From positions 1 through 64,000 of the IMG/VR virus record IMGVR_UViG_3300025141_014429: a stretch of DNA of 64,000 nt. One strand, 5' to 3'. Below, in pieces: positions 1 through 9,710 of this stretch; the first letter of the stretch is position 1; each line of letters starts with the position of its first letter. The stretch is from a virus. Both the position numbers and the translations under genes were made by a program. A model generated the notes under the pieces. That model saw only the letters and a program-made list of their open reading frames with translations. It was not told the DNA's origin and ran no database searches.

Positions 1-8
1 GAGATAAT

Positions 9-377
9 ATGCAATTTCAATTCACACCACAAGCAGACAATTTGATGACGTCAAATATCACTTATGCTTTAAGCAGAGCAGGTATAGAACTTTTACATGG
101 AAGACAAGATATATTCAACCCCGATGTTTTAGAAGAGGTGTTTGGAGACGGTGATATGCACTGCTTTGAACCAGAACGAGGTTATTACGATCCTGAGTTT
201 TATTTCAAAGGACCGGGTGGAACTCTCTTAGGCATCTCATGGAGGTTCGGTCATGTTAGACTTAGAGGTAGCATGCGATCACTTGACGATCAGTTTATAC
301 CGGCATCAGATATCTGTGATTCTTTTGTAAGAGAACTAGTAGAACACATCAACAACTTTCAATCAATCAAGGAGTAA
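9..377 (+). CDS. hypothetical early phage protein
   Basis: 122-aa ORF, co-oriented with the early cassette array; no recognisable motif. Confidence 0.6.
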   Translation: MQFQFTPQADNLMTSNITYALSRAGIELLHGRQDIFNPDVLEEVFGDGDMHCFEPERGYYDPEFYFKGPGGTLLGISWRFGHVRLRGSMRSLDDQFIPASDICDSFVRELVEHINNFQSIKE

Positions 378-380
378 ATC

Positions 381-596
381 ATGATGAAACTATACACACA
401 ACAAGAAGTAAAAGCAAGAGCAGCAAGAATATTGTCAATGCCAGCAGGTATTCGTTTAGGAACAATCAATGAGTTTAGAGACATGGCAACAGGCGATACA
501 GCATATGGGATACGTGAAGAATATTACCCAGACAAGCCTAATCAATTCTTCAAAGATGTATTAAGCATCATTGATAAAAGTAACGGAGGTGAGTAA
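381..596 (+). CDS. small early protein, paralog family A (copy 1)
   Basis: AAGGAG SD; YTQQEV..RA.RILS..G.R.GTINEFR.MA.G.T.YGIRE.YYP.KPNQFF.DVL is shared with 7298..7510. Confidence 0.8.
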   Translation: MMKLYTQQEVKARAARILSMPAGIRLGTINEFRDMATGDTAYGIREEYYPDKPNQFFKDVLSIIDKSNGGE

Positions 597-910
597 TGAT
601 CGATCCAAATCTATGTTTCTCAGCGACTAATGAAATAATGAATATTGCCAAGTCAATAGTCATGACTTTCAAGCCGGGTTCAGACTATGTAACTGAATCA
701 GATCTTTATAAATATATTGCTGATGAAATGAGTAAGATTGAAAATAGTTGTAGTTCTGACGTAAGAGAAGGCTACACACGACATATTCTAGGCAAGTTTC
801 CAATCTGGATATCAGATGAAGCTTATAAGCGGATACGTCTGACAGAAGTTAAGTCAACACTTTCGAAGCTTAGAGGTGCTGCCAAGTCACACGTGCAAAA
901 TATCACATAA
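596..910 (+). CDS. hypothetical early protein
   Basis: GGAGGT SD, start overlaps upstream stop; ORF ends inside the next promoter spacer. Confidence 0.65.
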   Translation: MIDPNLCFSATNEIMNIAKSIVMTFKPGSDYVTESDLYKYIADEMSKIENSCSSDVREGYTRHILGKFPIWISDEAYKRIRLTEVKSTLSKLRGAAKSHVQNIT

Positions 911-957
911 CCTATTATAATATAAACACATACCAACCAACTAATAAGGAGTTTATT

Positions 958-1155
958 ATGTTAAAATATTTCAAGACACTTAAACAGGCACAAAAATATG
1001 CAGACAATAATTGCGGATCTAAAGAATTGATGGTCATCATTGATAGAGAAGCAAAAGAATATGGCGACGACTGTTATTGCGTCGTTGACCAAGCAGGCAT
1101 CAATCACCTAGACCAAATGAATTGGGACTATAGGGTGTTTGAAGTCTGGAATTAA
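958..1155 (+). CDS. hypothetical early protein
   Basis: directly after promoter unit and TAAGGAG SD. Confidence 0.75.
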   Translation: MLKYFKTLKQAQKYADNNCGSKELMVIIDREAKEYGDDCYCVVDQAGINHLDQMNWDYRVFEVWN

Positions 1156-1305
1156 AACTCCGTGGTTGGTGTTTACAGACGGCTAGAAGGTCGTCGGAGA
1201 GAGAGCTGGTTACTCTCGGGTATGGGTGGGCAAAAAACATCAACACGTGCAAAAACTGCGGAAGCATATTATAATATAACTATATTCAACCAATAAGGAG
1301 TTAAC

Positions 1306-1587
1306 ATGAAGTTTCCAACAGGAACACCAAAAGAAGTAATTGAAGGATGTGCTAAGGTCAGTGCAGAAAACGTTCGCAAACTTAAAGAAAAGCTAAAGTT
1401 TCCAGATGTCAGATCATGCGAAGTATGGCTAGAATATGAGGACGGTTCTGAATATACAGTTGATACATTTCTTAATATGGACCTGGATATCGAGGAACAA
1501 ATACGTGAAACATTTGAAGCACCAAATCTAGAAGTAGAAGAAGGTTCAAAGTTAGTCAACTTCAAGTGGAAAGAACTTGGAATATAA
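1306..1587 (+). CDS. hypothetical acidic early protein
   Basis: promoter unit plus TAAGGAG SD. Confidence 0.75.
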   Translation: MKFPTGTPKEVIEGCAKVSAENVRKLKEKLKFPDVRSCEVWLEYEDGSEYTVDTFLNMDLDIEEQIRETFEAPNLEVEEGSKLVNFKWKELGI

Positions 1588-1651
1588 ACCCGTGCAAAAA
1601 ACAAACCAACCTATTATAATATAACTATACCAACCAAATCAAGGAGTTATT

Positions 1652-1939
1652 ATGTACCCAAAAGCTAAATACATTAACATTTTCGAATCTAAGTTTGTGA
1701 GACCAAATGCCACCGGACATGCTGGCGCGACATATGTAACAAACAGTGATAAGATGGTCACCATTCGTCTCGATGCAATTATATCCATACACACAGAGAG
1801 GATCGAATATTCACATCATCGTTATTGCACAGTCACAATGTCAAACGGTTTTAGATATAAAATCACAGAGGAAACAGCAGAAGAGATTCGCCTCTGCTTG
1901 AATATCGATTCTATCCATGAAAAAAGAGGAGAAGAATAA
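1652..1939 (+). CDS. early protein, weakly FlbD-like small beta domain
   Basis: promoter plus SD; VTIRLDAIISI...CTVTMSNGFRYKITEETAEEI resembles the FlbD pattern. Confidence 0.5.
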   Translation: MYPKAKYINIFESKFVRPNATGHAGATYVTNSDKMVTIRLDAIISIHTERIEYSHHRYCTVTMSNGFRYKITEETAEEIRLCLNIDSIHEKRGEE

Positions 1940-2290
1940 TGAAAAACTTTATAATAGTCATTACATACAAAGACGGCACCGTCAGAAGACAGCCGTTATT
2001 CGGAACCATTCAACAAGCATCAGCAGCAATTCAAGCCTATGCACTAGTATCCACAATTGACAACGTTTTCTTGCAATTCAAATAGGAGAAATCATGTTAA
2101 TCAAAGTAGTTACATTAGCAAGACATAGACATAACCAACGAGGTGGTAAATGGGAAAGTATACAGTAGACGACAATAGGTCAATGCAGCTTAACGACAAC
2201 AACGACCGTTACTGGTCATCCAGAGGTATAGACATAGATGATTTCATCTATGACGACGACACAAATAATCTTTCAAAAGGAAATAAAATC

Positions 2291-2755
2291 ATGTTCATCG
2301 AAATAAATAACAAGCTTATCAATCTAGCACATGTTCACTCAATTAGTACAGAGGTGAATAAAGTCGACGTCAAAAGACACGCAATTGAATGGGATCGCAA
2401 CTGGCCTAGACGCACTCAACATCTAGCCGAGATAATTCCGGAATTTACTATCACATTTACTTCCGAACGTTGGGAAGAAAAAGTAATGATTAGTGCTAAA
2501 GTCCACGATCCGGATCGTATAGGTGATACTTACTATCCAAATAGGGGCAACAGCTATTGTAATGTCAATTATAGCTGCTATATTCCAGATGTGGATCTGC
2601 GTTCAGAGACTAAACTCTCCTATGCAACGATTGTATGCGGAGGCGAGGACTTCGATCAGCAAGCAATTAAAAAAGAGATTGAAGCGTCAAGTCATGGGCT
2701 GACACACGCGTATATCAGATCACTTTGTAGACAACACAATCCAGAATCACAATAA
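2291..2755 (+). CDS. hypothetical early protein with FlbD-like N-terminus (start revised from 2150)
   Basis: AAGGA SD before ATG 2291; MFIEINNKLINLAHVHSI. Confidence 0.5.
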   Translation: MFIEINNKLINLAHVHSISTEVNKVDVKRHAIEWDRNWPRRTQHLAEIIPEFTITFTSERWEEKVMISAKVHDPDRIGDTYYPNRGNSYCNVNYSCYIPDVDLRSETKLSYATIVCGGEDFDQQAIKKEIEASSHGLTHAYIRSLCRQHNPESQ

Positions 2756-2765
2756 AGGAGAAATC

Positions 2766-3191
2766 ATGAAACCAACTAATCAACCACAAGTTAAGTTAAA
2801 AGGAATAGAGTATCTATTGCTAGCCATTCAATCAGATCCGGGTAAGTCTCAACGACATTATCTGCGTAGGCTTTATCAATATAATCATGGTGTGCCATCA
2901 TACAATAATGGAGGCACTAATAACGGATACTTTACCAGTCAAAGTTATCGTGGCGTTTTATGGTACGACGACTCAAACGATCCAGTATCTGCTAAGTATG
3001 AGTGTTACAAATCTGTTAATAGTGTTTTTATGTGCTGGGGTCCTGCGTCTAACTATGCGTATCGATCAAAGTGTTCAGCTATGAAACTGACGCTATCTGG
3101 TCATGAACGTGCTAATAAAGTCAGAGAAAAGCTAGGTCTTGATCCTATCGATTTATTGAATGGAGCTCCAGCGCATGCAAATTGGGTTTAA
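2766..3191 (+). CDS. hypothetical early protein
   Basis: AAGGAG SD; ends inside next promoter spacer. Confidence 0.7.
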   Translation: MKPTNQPQVKLKGIEYLLLAIQSDPGKSQRHYLRRLYQYNHGVPSYNNGGTNNGYFTSQSYRGVLWYDDSNDPVSAKYECYKSVNSVFMCWGPASNYAYRSKCSAMKLTLSGHERANKVREKLGLDPIDLLNGAPAHANWV

Positions 3192-3230
3192 CTACTGTAT
3201 AATATAAGTGTATATAACCAAGGAACTAAC

Positions 3231-3842
3231 ATGACCATATTCGAAAATCCAGACTTTTATTATAATGACTTAACACATTTAATAACTAATGAAATCATTA
3301 CGTCTATTGAAAAGGGAATATCAGGCGTAGAAGGATATGCGCGATGGAAATATCCTGTCTTCATTGATGCTGAGGACGATCTTATAGATTGGAGCTTTGA
3401 TGTTCAATACGTTGACGACGTTCCTGGTAGAACGTTCGATGTTTGGGCATCTGCAGGTTTCAATGAGGACTACATTCCTGGGGTCACGTTTACAATTGTA
3501 CTACCAAGAGGAACAGCACTAAAAGATGCTGACATAGATTATCCTGAACTATTCGGTTCAGTTGCACATGAGTTGCATCACATTGCTCAGAAGAATGAAG
3601 GCATATGTGAATATGAAGGGGAGGCATATAACGATCAAGTGAGGTACTACCTCAACCCGACAGAGATACCAGCATTTCATATTGGATTTAGAGCGCAGTG
3701 TGCTCTGTCGGGTGCGGACATGGAAACAGAAATGAGATCTTACTTATCTCTTCAGAATATCAACAAAGAAGAAACTAAACTTATCATTGAGTCTTGGATG
3801 AATCCGAGTTTCGAAATAGCTGAGTTGAACTTACTAGTTTGA
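3231..3842 (+). CDS. putative zinc metallopeptidase-like protein (HExxH)
   Basis: AHELHHIAQ motif plus downstream YYLNPTE; own promoter and SD. Confidence 0.6.
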   Translation: MTIFENPDFYYNDLTHLITNEIITSIEKGISGVEGYARWKYPVFIDAEDDLIDWSFDVQYVDDVPGRTFDVWASAGFNEDYIPGVTFTIVLPRGTALKDADIDYPELFGSVAHELHHIAQKNEGICEYEGEAYNDQVRYYLNPTEIPAFHIGFRAQCALSGADMETEMRSYLSLQNINKEETKLIIESWMNPSFEIAELNLLV

Positions 3843-3897
3843 ACTCGTGTAAATAATAAAACCGAACTGTATAATAAAAGTGTAACCAATAAGGAGA

Positions 3898-4251
3898 ATG
3901 ATAATGATATATCGAAAACTATTCAACTGGATCGACGGTGATGATGCTTGTGAAGTTACATCAATTACGCTCTATTCAGCACATGATACCGGTCATGACG
4001 AAGAAAAAGACTTTATAATCCGTCGACTCAAGAGTCTTCTGGAAACTGGTGTGACAATCCAGAATATTGTACTTTATCTATGTCCCAAAGATGATCGTCC
4101 AAGATATTATCAGCAATTACCCGACAACTATTTGAATGATATCGATTCGCTCTCTAAAGCTATTGACAATCTTTACAGCGATGGACTAGAACTAGCTGAG
4201 GCTATCGAAACGATGACCATCAATGTTAGCATAAAAGAAAATGGACACTAA
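3898..4251 (+). CDS. hypothetical early protein
   Basis: promoter unit plus TAAGGAG SD. Confidence 0.7.
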   Translation: MIMIYRKLFNWIDGDDACEVTSITLYSAHDTGHDEEKDFIIRRLKSLLETGVTIQNIVLYLCPKDDRPRYYQQLPDNYLNDIDSLSKAIDNLYSDGLELAEAIETMTINVSIKENGH

Positions 4252-4310
4252 CACGTGCAAATAATAAAACCAATCTGTATAATATAAGTGTAACCAACCA
4301 AGGAGCAATC

Positions 4311-4553
4311 ATGATACCACTAACACAAATAACATGGGCGTATATCTCAAGACATGGCGATGAAAGACGTGGACGAAAGACAAAGACCATTTATCTTAAT
4401 GCTAGTCACATCTTTAAACTAGAAGAGGAAGAACACGGTACTCGTATATGCTACTCGACAAATGGCAATTGTACAGTAGAAGAGTCACCAGCACAAATAT
4501 CATCATTAATGTTACGAGTACATCAGACTCGTAGTGCAGCAACAAACTATTAG
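4311..4553 (+). CDS. FlbD-like small protein
   Basis: MIPLT...IYLNASHIFKLEE...GTRI..STNG..TVEESPAQI matches the FlbD family pattern; promoter plus SD. Confidence 0.6.
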   Translation: MIPLTQITWAYISRHGDERRGRKTKTIYLNASHIFKLEEEEHGTRICYSTNGNCTVEESPAQISSLMLRVHQTRSAATNY

Positions 4554-4562
4554 GACTTAGTC

Positions 4563-4733
4563 ATGAAAAAGAATGAAGAAATCATAACAACAATTAAAGC
4601 AGCCAGAGGAATAGAGCGAGAAGAACACTTCAAGAACGGAGGATCATTAGTCTCTTGGAGAGGTGGAACTCGAACAGTCCAGCGGAACAAAAAAACCTAC
4701 AGCCGAAAAGGGAAATCAAAATGGAAACAGTAA
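4563..4733 (+). CDS. small basic protein (56 aa, not in ORF track)
   Basis: MKKNEEIITTIKAARGIEREEHFKNGG...RNKKTYSRKGKSKWKQ; AGGA SD. Confidence 0.55.
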   Translation: MKKNEEIITTIKAARGIEREEHFKNGGSLVSWRGGTRTVQRNKKTYSRKGKSKWKQ

Positions 4734-4948
4734 AAACAATCATCGAAGCATACGGCATATGCCAGATATGTGAACATAAATATGACGGGTATACTATACA
4801 CTACACTGTAGAGATATCAGGTGTACAGATATATCTTTGTTCTAGTCTTGAAAATTGTTATACATGTGCTAACAGTATCAATAGTAGTAATCCCATATCA
4901 AGAACAGTAGATGCATTTCGATATCAACAACAAGAAGGAGTAGCATAG
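4721..4948 (+). CDS. Cys-rich putative zinc-binding protein (start revised)
   Basis: CQIC...C...CYTC; AAGGGA SD before ATG 4721. Confidence 0.55.
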   Translation: METVKTIIEAYGICQICEHKYDGYTIHYTVEISGVQIYLCSSLENCYTCANSINSSNPISRTVDAFRYQQQEGVA

Positions 4949-5099
4949 TGTATTATCAAATATGGAACAAGAAAACAGAAGAGGTCGAGTGCACATGTCC
5001 TGACTACAATTCAGCATTGCGGTTTATCGAAATGATTGGAGATTCAGATCTAACAATCAAAATGATTCCGAAAGAAGATCACCCACTCAGGAGAGGACG

Positions 5100-5306
5100 A
5101 TGACATTCCAAGTAGGTGATCTGGTCGAGCAGAAATCGAATGGAACAAAGTGGCTAGTTACAAAAACACAACTCAGTGCATACTCCCCTCAGGGCTATTG
5201 TATCACGATTCAAAGATCGACTTTTCTTAAGACCGGTCATGGTGGATCAAGGACTGACTATCCAATATATTATGACCTGTTTTCTCGTGCAAGTGCGTGC
5301 AAATAA
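5100..5306 (+). CDS. small SH3/KOW-like protein
   Basis: FQVGDLV start motif; GGAGAGG SD; stop lies in the next promoter. Confidence 0.5.
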   Translation: MTFQVGDLVEQKSNGTKWLVTKTQLSAYSPQGYCITIQRSTFLKTGHGGSRTDYPIYYDLFSRASACK

Positions 5307-5355
5307 TAAAACCAAACTGTATAATATAAACACACACCAACTAAAAGGAAATAAC

Positions 5356-5550
5356 ATGACACAATCACAATTTAGAGAAATCCTTAGAAGAGTTCAGAGC
5401 CTTCACACCGATTTTGAAGAAGGTATATCAGACGAAGCAGCATATGATATGGCACTCTTTATTCTCGATGATAACCCGGGTCTGAAAGAATATATCAATA
5501 ACAATTGCGGTGCCTCCGATGCAGTCGGCTGGCTCATGTGTGAAATGTAG
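5356..5550 (+). CDS. hypothetical early protein (start revised)
   Basis: promoter unit plus AAGGA SD before ATG 5356. Confidence 0.7.
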   Translation: MTQSQFREILRRVQSLHTDFEEGISDEAAYDMALFILDDNPGLKEYINNNCGASDAVGWLMCEM

Positions 5551-5716
5551 GAAGATAACATGACTAGACTATATAAAAACTGGACAGTACACAACCTAGT
5601 ATCACACCCACTATCAGAGATCGCGTATCTGCTAGGTTTCTCAGAAGAAACATACAACTGGATACATGACGTCTCAATACCCAAACATAAACCCGGAACA
5701 GGGAGAGGATAAAACT

Positions 5717-5956
5717 ATGAATACAGAATCATTATATAATTTCATCATGCTTTGTCTTAAAGATGATGATGGAATATCAGAGGAAGCTTATAGTGCTATA
5801 ATAGAATATCTCTTATCACAAAATGAACAAGCAATTGTAATCGAAATAAATAGTAAGTGCAAGTCAGCAAATGGGCGGAGGTATATACCTGATGATACTC
5901 CAACTGATTTATTTGAAGATACTCGAGCACGACTAAACAAATTAAACATTAGATAG
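5717..5956 (+). CDS. hypothetical early protein (start revised)
   Basis: GAGGA SD before ATG 5717; GISEEA resembles GISDEA of the preceding ORF. Confidence 0.6.
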   Translation: MNTESLYNFIMLCLKDDDGISEEAYSAIIEYLLSQNEQAIVIEINSKCKSANGRRYIPDDTPTDLFEDTRARLNKLNIR

Positions 5957-6023
5957 ACATGTACGTGCAAAACACAAAACCACTTTGTATAATATAAATG
6001 TATCTAACCAATAAGGAGTTATT

Positions 6024-6398
6024 ATGTTAAACATCCAACCAGAAAAAATACTATACACAGGACCAGAAGGCTGCAGCTATCATGCATGGAACTACGAAAT
6101 AAAGCCTAATCTTGTAGGGTCAATCGACGAACACTCTGATACTCTAGATATTACAAGGAAGCTCGACGAACATTTGTTGTATAGAAGAGATGACGTAGAA
6201 TCTTTAAAACAATACATCCATGTCATAGTTGAACTATCAAAAATACATGGATTTACTCACATTGTTGACGAGGAAATGGGAATACTAATCGATGAACCTA
6301 AGCCACTCATCGAAGTAGTCAACGAGAGCTTAAAAGGTTGGCCGACAGGAGCTCAACTAAGAGTGCTCCAAGGTTTAGATATATCACATTTAGCGTAA
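6024..6398 (+). CDS. hypothetical early protein
   Basis: promoter unit plus TAAGGAG SD. Confidence 0.75.
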   Translation: MLNIQPEKILYTGPEGCSYHAWNYEIKPNLVGSIDEHSDTLDITRKLDEHLLYRRDDVESLKQYIHVIVELSKIHGFTHIVDEEMGILIDEPKPLIEVVNESLKGWPTGAQLRVLQGLDISHLA

Positions 6399-6684
6399 CA
6401 CGTGCAAATAATAAAACCAACTTGTATAATATAAACATACCAACCAAAGGAAAATACTATGCAACAAATACCACCCAGACTTAAAAGAACACTAGACGCA
6501 GACTACGGCACTGACGGATGGACTTTTCTAGGTTATGATGAAAACTTATACATCGAAATAAGGTTTCATTTATCAGGAGCTGTCATATCATTCAACCGAG
6601 ACCACTGGTTATAAGGAGCACATAACGTGTAAATAATAAAACCAAACTGTATAATATAAACACACCACAACTTACGGAGATAAC

Positions 6685-6867
6685 ATGGAAAATATAATCA
6701 AACTATTAAAACAACTAGACGACGGTGGAATCAAAGACGGATTCAAATCAGGACACTATGATTTAGAAGGATGTGTCATTGAACTACTCGATCAATTGTA
6801 TATGCGCGGATGTGATGATGAAAGTTGTCTACAAAAAGATGCAATCATGACTTACCTTCACACTTAG
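6685..6867 (+). CDS. hypothetical early protein
   Basis: promoter unit plus GGAG SD. Confidence 0.65.
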   Translation: MENIIKLLKQLDDGGIKDGFKSGHYDLEGCVIELLDQLYMRGCDDESCLQKDAIMTYLHT

Positions 6868-7015
6868 GGAGAAAACATGGAAAAAACATTCTTATTTACA
6901 GTCACTTTACAAGGATCAGGTGACACACCCGAGGAGGCTTGGGCTGATGCAGTCGAAGCATTCATCGAAGATCCAGGTGAACCACATGTAATCGAAGAAG
7001 TCGAAGAGGAGTAAC

Positions 7016-7219
7016 ATGCTAAAGAAGTCAGACATTCCTAACCTGCCCGGGAAGACAGTTATTATAACACACACTAACAAGACATATGAAATAATCTCAG
7101 CAAGTGTAGTTAGATGGGCAGGTCTCGTCGCAGTCCTAAGAGACGCGGAAGGAGAAGAACGAAAAATAGCAATACACACCTCAGTCTGGGACCCACAACG
7201 CAATGCGTATATACTATAG
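7016..7219 (+). CDS. hypothetical early protein
   Basis: GAGGAG SD. Confidence 0.6.
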   Translation: MLKKSDIPNLPGKTVIITHTNKTYEIISASVVRWAGLVAVLRDAEGEERKIAIHTSVWDPQRNAYIL

Positions 7220-7297
7220 TCTCAAAAATCAAAAGCGTGTAAATTGCTAAAACAACTCGTATAATATAAACACCTAATAAATAAAAGGAAAACCACT

Positions 7298-7510
7298 ATG
7301 ACAGAATCATATACACAACAAGAAGTAGAAGAACGAGCTAAACGCATCTTAAGCCAGTCAGGAGGACTAAGACGAGGAACTATCAATGAGTTTCGTAATA
7401 TGGCAAGCGGTGGAACTGAATACGGTATACGTGAGACTTATTACCCTGGAAAACCAAATCAGTTCTTTAGCGATGTCTTAGCTATTATTGAAGAATCAGA
7501 AGAAGGATAA
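7298..7510 (+). CDS. small early protein, paralog family A (copy 2)
   Basis: clear sequence similarity to 381..596; own promoter. Confidence 0.8.
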   Translation: MTESYTQQEVEERAKRILSQSGGLRRGTINEFRNMASGGTEYGIRETYYPGKPNQFFSDVLAIIEESEEG

Positions 7511-7514
7511 ACAC

Positions 7515-7727
7515 ATGAAAACAAAACATACAAAACGAGACGTCGAACAACTCGGCCTTCAGATACTCGGCATGCCCGCATATGAACGTATGAATATTCT
7601 AACAGAAATGGCTGAGTACGCATCAACGCAAGATCATCCACTTAGAGACGAGTTCTATCCCCATAAGACACCCAAGTATTTCAGAGCTGTGATCTCTTAT
7701 GTCTTTCAGAACGGTGCCTTGAGTTAA
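7515..7727 (+). CDS. small early protein, divergent family A member (start revised)
   Basis: AAGGA SD; HT..DV.....IL.MP...R......LR.EFYP.K...YF..V aligns with family A. Confidence 0.6.
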   Translation: MKTKHTKRDVEQLGLQILGMPAYERMNILTEMAEYASTQDHPLRDEFYPHKTPKYFRAVISYVFQNGALS

Positions 7728-8176
7728 TCCCTATACTCCCAGAAGAGTAGGGCACGAGACGTCTTGCGCCCCGTGCACGCGATGTAGATTTCTCTTCGTT
7801 CGGCAGTGGCCAAAGAGCCACTGCCCTGGGCTCATGGAGCAGCCCTAGTACTCTGTCGTGTATAGCCTAAAAAACCTTTACAGTTCATTCCGGAAAAGAT
7901 AGCTCGCGCCCCGCGCGTGTAGAATGGACTTAGGGCGCGAGATAACTTGCGCTCGAGAACATGTTTTTTTGAAGACAACACAGCTTTTTCATTGACAGAC
8001 AGTACTTGACTGTACTCCCGCCGGACCCAGAGTCAATCCCAGACACCCCGTCATCACCCGGCAGCCCTTTTGGACAAGACGGCTCGCGCCCCGAGCGAGC
8101 GCGCGCACGTGGACACATCCCCACGCGTCACAGACAGCAACAAAGTGAACAAAGTGCGCGCCCTGGAGTCAACTTT
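7728..8176. other. GC-rich, hairpin-dense non-coding island
   Basis: perfect 9-bp stems GGCAGTGGC/GCCACTGCC (about 7802-7825) and CTCGCGCCC/GGGCGCGAG (about 7903-7940); three GCGCCCCG direct repeats; no SD-led ORF. Confidence 0.7.
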
Positions 8177-8238
8177 TCGTGTAAATCCCATCACTACACT
8201 GTATAATAAGATCATAACAAAAAACCCAAGGAAACATC

Positions 8239-8655
8239 ATGTCACTCGATCATCTTATCCCACAAGACGTATTCATAGACGGACTAGTCAATGGAGTCGC
8301 AATCCCGGCTCAGTCGTCCACTGAGCTCTACACTTTCGGCACGCGTCTTATTGACTTCGTAAATAATGCAAACAACGAGTACTGGGCAGGTTGGCACCCT
8401 TCGAAGACCGATCAGCTGATCATTGATCGCAACAACATACACATGATCGACATCGCCTTGGAAGCAGGCAAACTCATTTTCCTTATGCCCAGTAACGGCG
8501 CGGCACAGGATTTGCCAAAAGAGTTTGGACATGGCGCAGTCGGTGTTATTCTCTTCTGCATGCTTGAGAACGAGCAGATCAAAGAGACAACAGCTCCAAA
8601 GGCAGTCGAAGAGCCAAAGCCGAAGCGGCCGGCTCCCAATTTTGATATGCTGTAA
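8239..8655 (+). CDS. hypothetical early protein
   Basis: promoter unit plus AAGGA SD. Confidence 0.75.
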   Translation: MSLDHLIPQDVFIDGLVNGVAIPAQSSTELYTFGTRLIDFVNNANNEYWAGWHPSKTDQLIIDRNNIHMIDIALEAGKLIFLMPSNGAAQDLPKEFGHGAVGVILFCMLENEQIKETTAPKAVEEPKPKRPAPNFDML

Positions 8656-8763
8656 TGCACTCCCCTCTCCACAATTGTCACAAAAAACCGAGGCATGCGC
8701 AAAACACGTGCATAACCTCTTGGGCTCCTGTATAATATAGGGGCAACCAACCAAGGAGTTATT

Positions 8764-9078
8764 ATGAGTGTTTTACGTAAAGTCAAAGGTCAAGAGCTGA
8801 AGCTGGGAATATATTGGGAGCATGAAATATATTTCGCTCCTATCAAGGATAAGAACACCGGTAAGACTATTATGATACCGATGAAAAAGAAGATAGGTCC
8901 GTTTTATAACCATGTGTTTGTATGGACTGGCAGCTTCTGGTGTCCCAAGACCCGTTTTGAAAGATGGAGTGGAACACCAAAACTACAACAAATCAATCAA
9001 CGTTATGCTGATAGACCTACTCATTTTGTGGACCACATATTCGGTACCGATGAGGACGGCAACTCTAAGTTTGCTTAG
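8764..9078 (+). CDS. hypothetical early protein
   Basis: promoter unit plus AAGGAG SD. Confidence 0.75.
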   Translation: MSVLRKVKGQELKLGIYWEHEIYFAPIKDKNTGKTIMIPMKKKIGPFYNHVFVWTGSFWCPKTRFERWSGTPKLQQINQRYADRPTHFVDHIFGTDEDGNSKFA

Positions 9079-9141
9079 AATTCATGCATATTTCAAAACC
9101 ACTTATTATAATATAAACACCACCAACCAATGGAGAATATT

Positions 9142-9390
9142 ATGTCACAACATAAAACAAAATCAAATCAAGAGTTTTCAATCGAAAGACCTATCAAAAA
9201 ATCTCGTAAGGCACACAAATGCTGTTCATGTCAAAAAACAATACCCGCTAAGTCAAGCTATGTTCGAACAGTCGGTGTATCTGAATCCTATCGACATTAT
9301 GGTAACGACTTTTTTAGCAACGCATGGCATCAAGAATGTCTAGAAGACCATCAAGGATATATCCGCGATCGTTTAAGACGACAAGGATAG
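9142..9390 (+). CDS. zinc-ribbon-like protein (start revised)
   Basis: KSRKAHKCCSCQKTI...WHQEC; GGAG SD. Confidence 0.6.
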   Translation: MSQHKTKSNQEFSIERPIKKSRKAHKCCSCQKTIPAKSSYVRTVGVSESYRHYGNDFFSNAWHQECLEDHQGYIRDRLRRQG

Positions 9391-9461
9391 CAATATCCCG
9401 TGCAAATTTACAGATGCATCCGTATAATATAAACACCTACCAACCAATAAGGAAATATAAC

Positions 9462-9710
9462 ATGTTCAAAGTTTACGTTACATTTAAGACTGGAGATCGT
9501 CACCTCGACACCGATTGGTGCGATGAGAAGAAGCTGATGCAATCCTTATATCGTCTTATTCATGGACCGGTCGCTCGGTTAAACATTATCAAGGAAATAC
9601 GCGTTGTCGATCAAGATGACTATACTATATTCCTCAGTCAGGAAGGCAAACAAATCTTTCCTGCTATATTAACGCAACCGCAGGATAACAATCACATCAT
9701 TCAAAACTAA
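9462..9710 (+). CDS. hypothetical early protein (start revised)
   Basis: promoter unit plus TAAGGA SD before ATG 9462. Confidence 0.7.
   Translation: MFKVYVTFKTGDRHLDTDWCDEKKLMQSLYRLIHGPVARLNIIKEIRVVDQDDYTIFLSQEGKQIFPAILTQPQDNNHIIQN

Noticed and set aside
1190-1225. tRNA-like element (GAGAG-CTGGTTA-CTCTC looks like an anticodon arm)
   Set aside because: There is no acceptor stem or T-arm (no GTTC), and position 37 is a pyrimidine.
8284-8786. Long antisense ORFs in the track (e.g. 8284..8754, 8412..8786, 15236..15712, 20353..20703, 27498..27920, 39602..39940)
   Set aside because: They are shadows of well-supported sense genes with promoters or SDs and have no motifs of their own.
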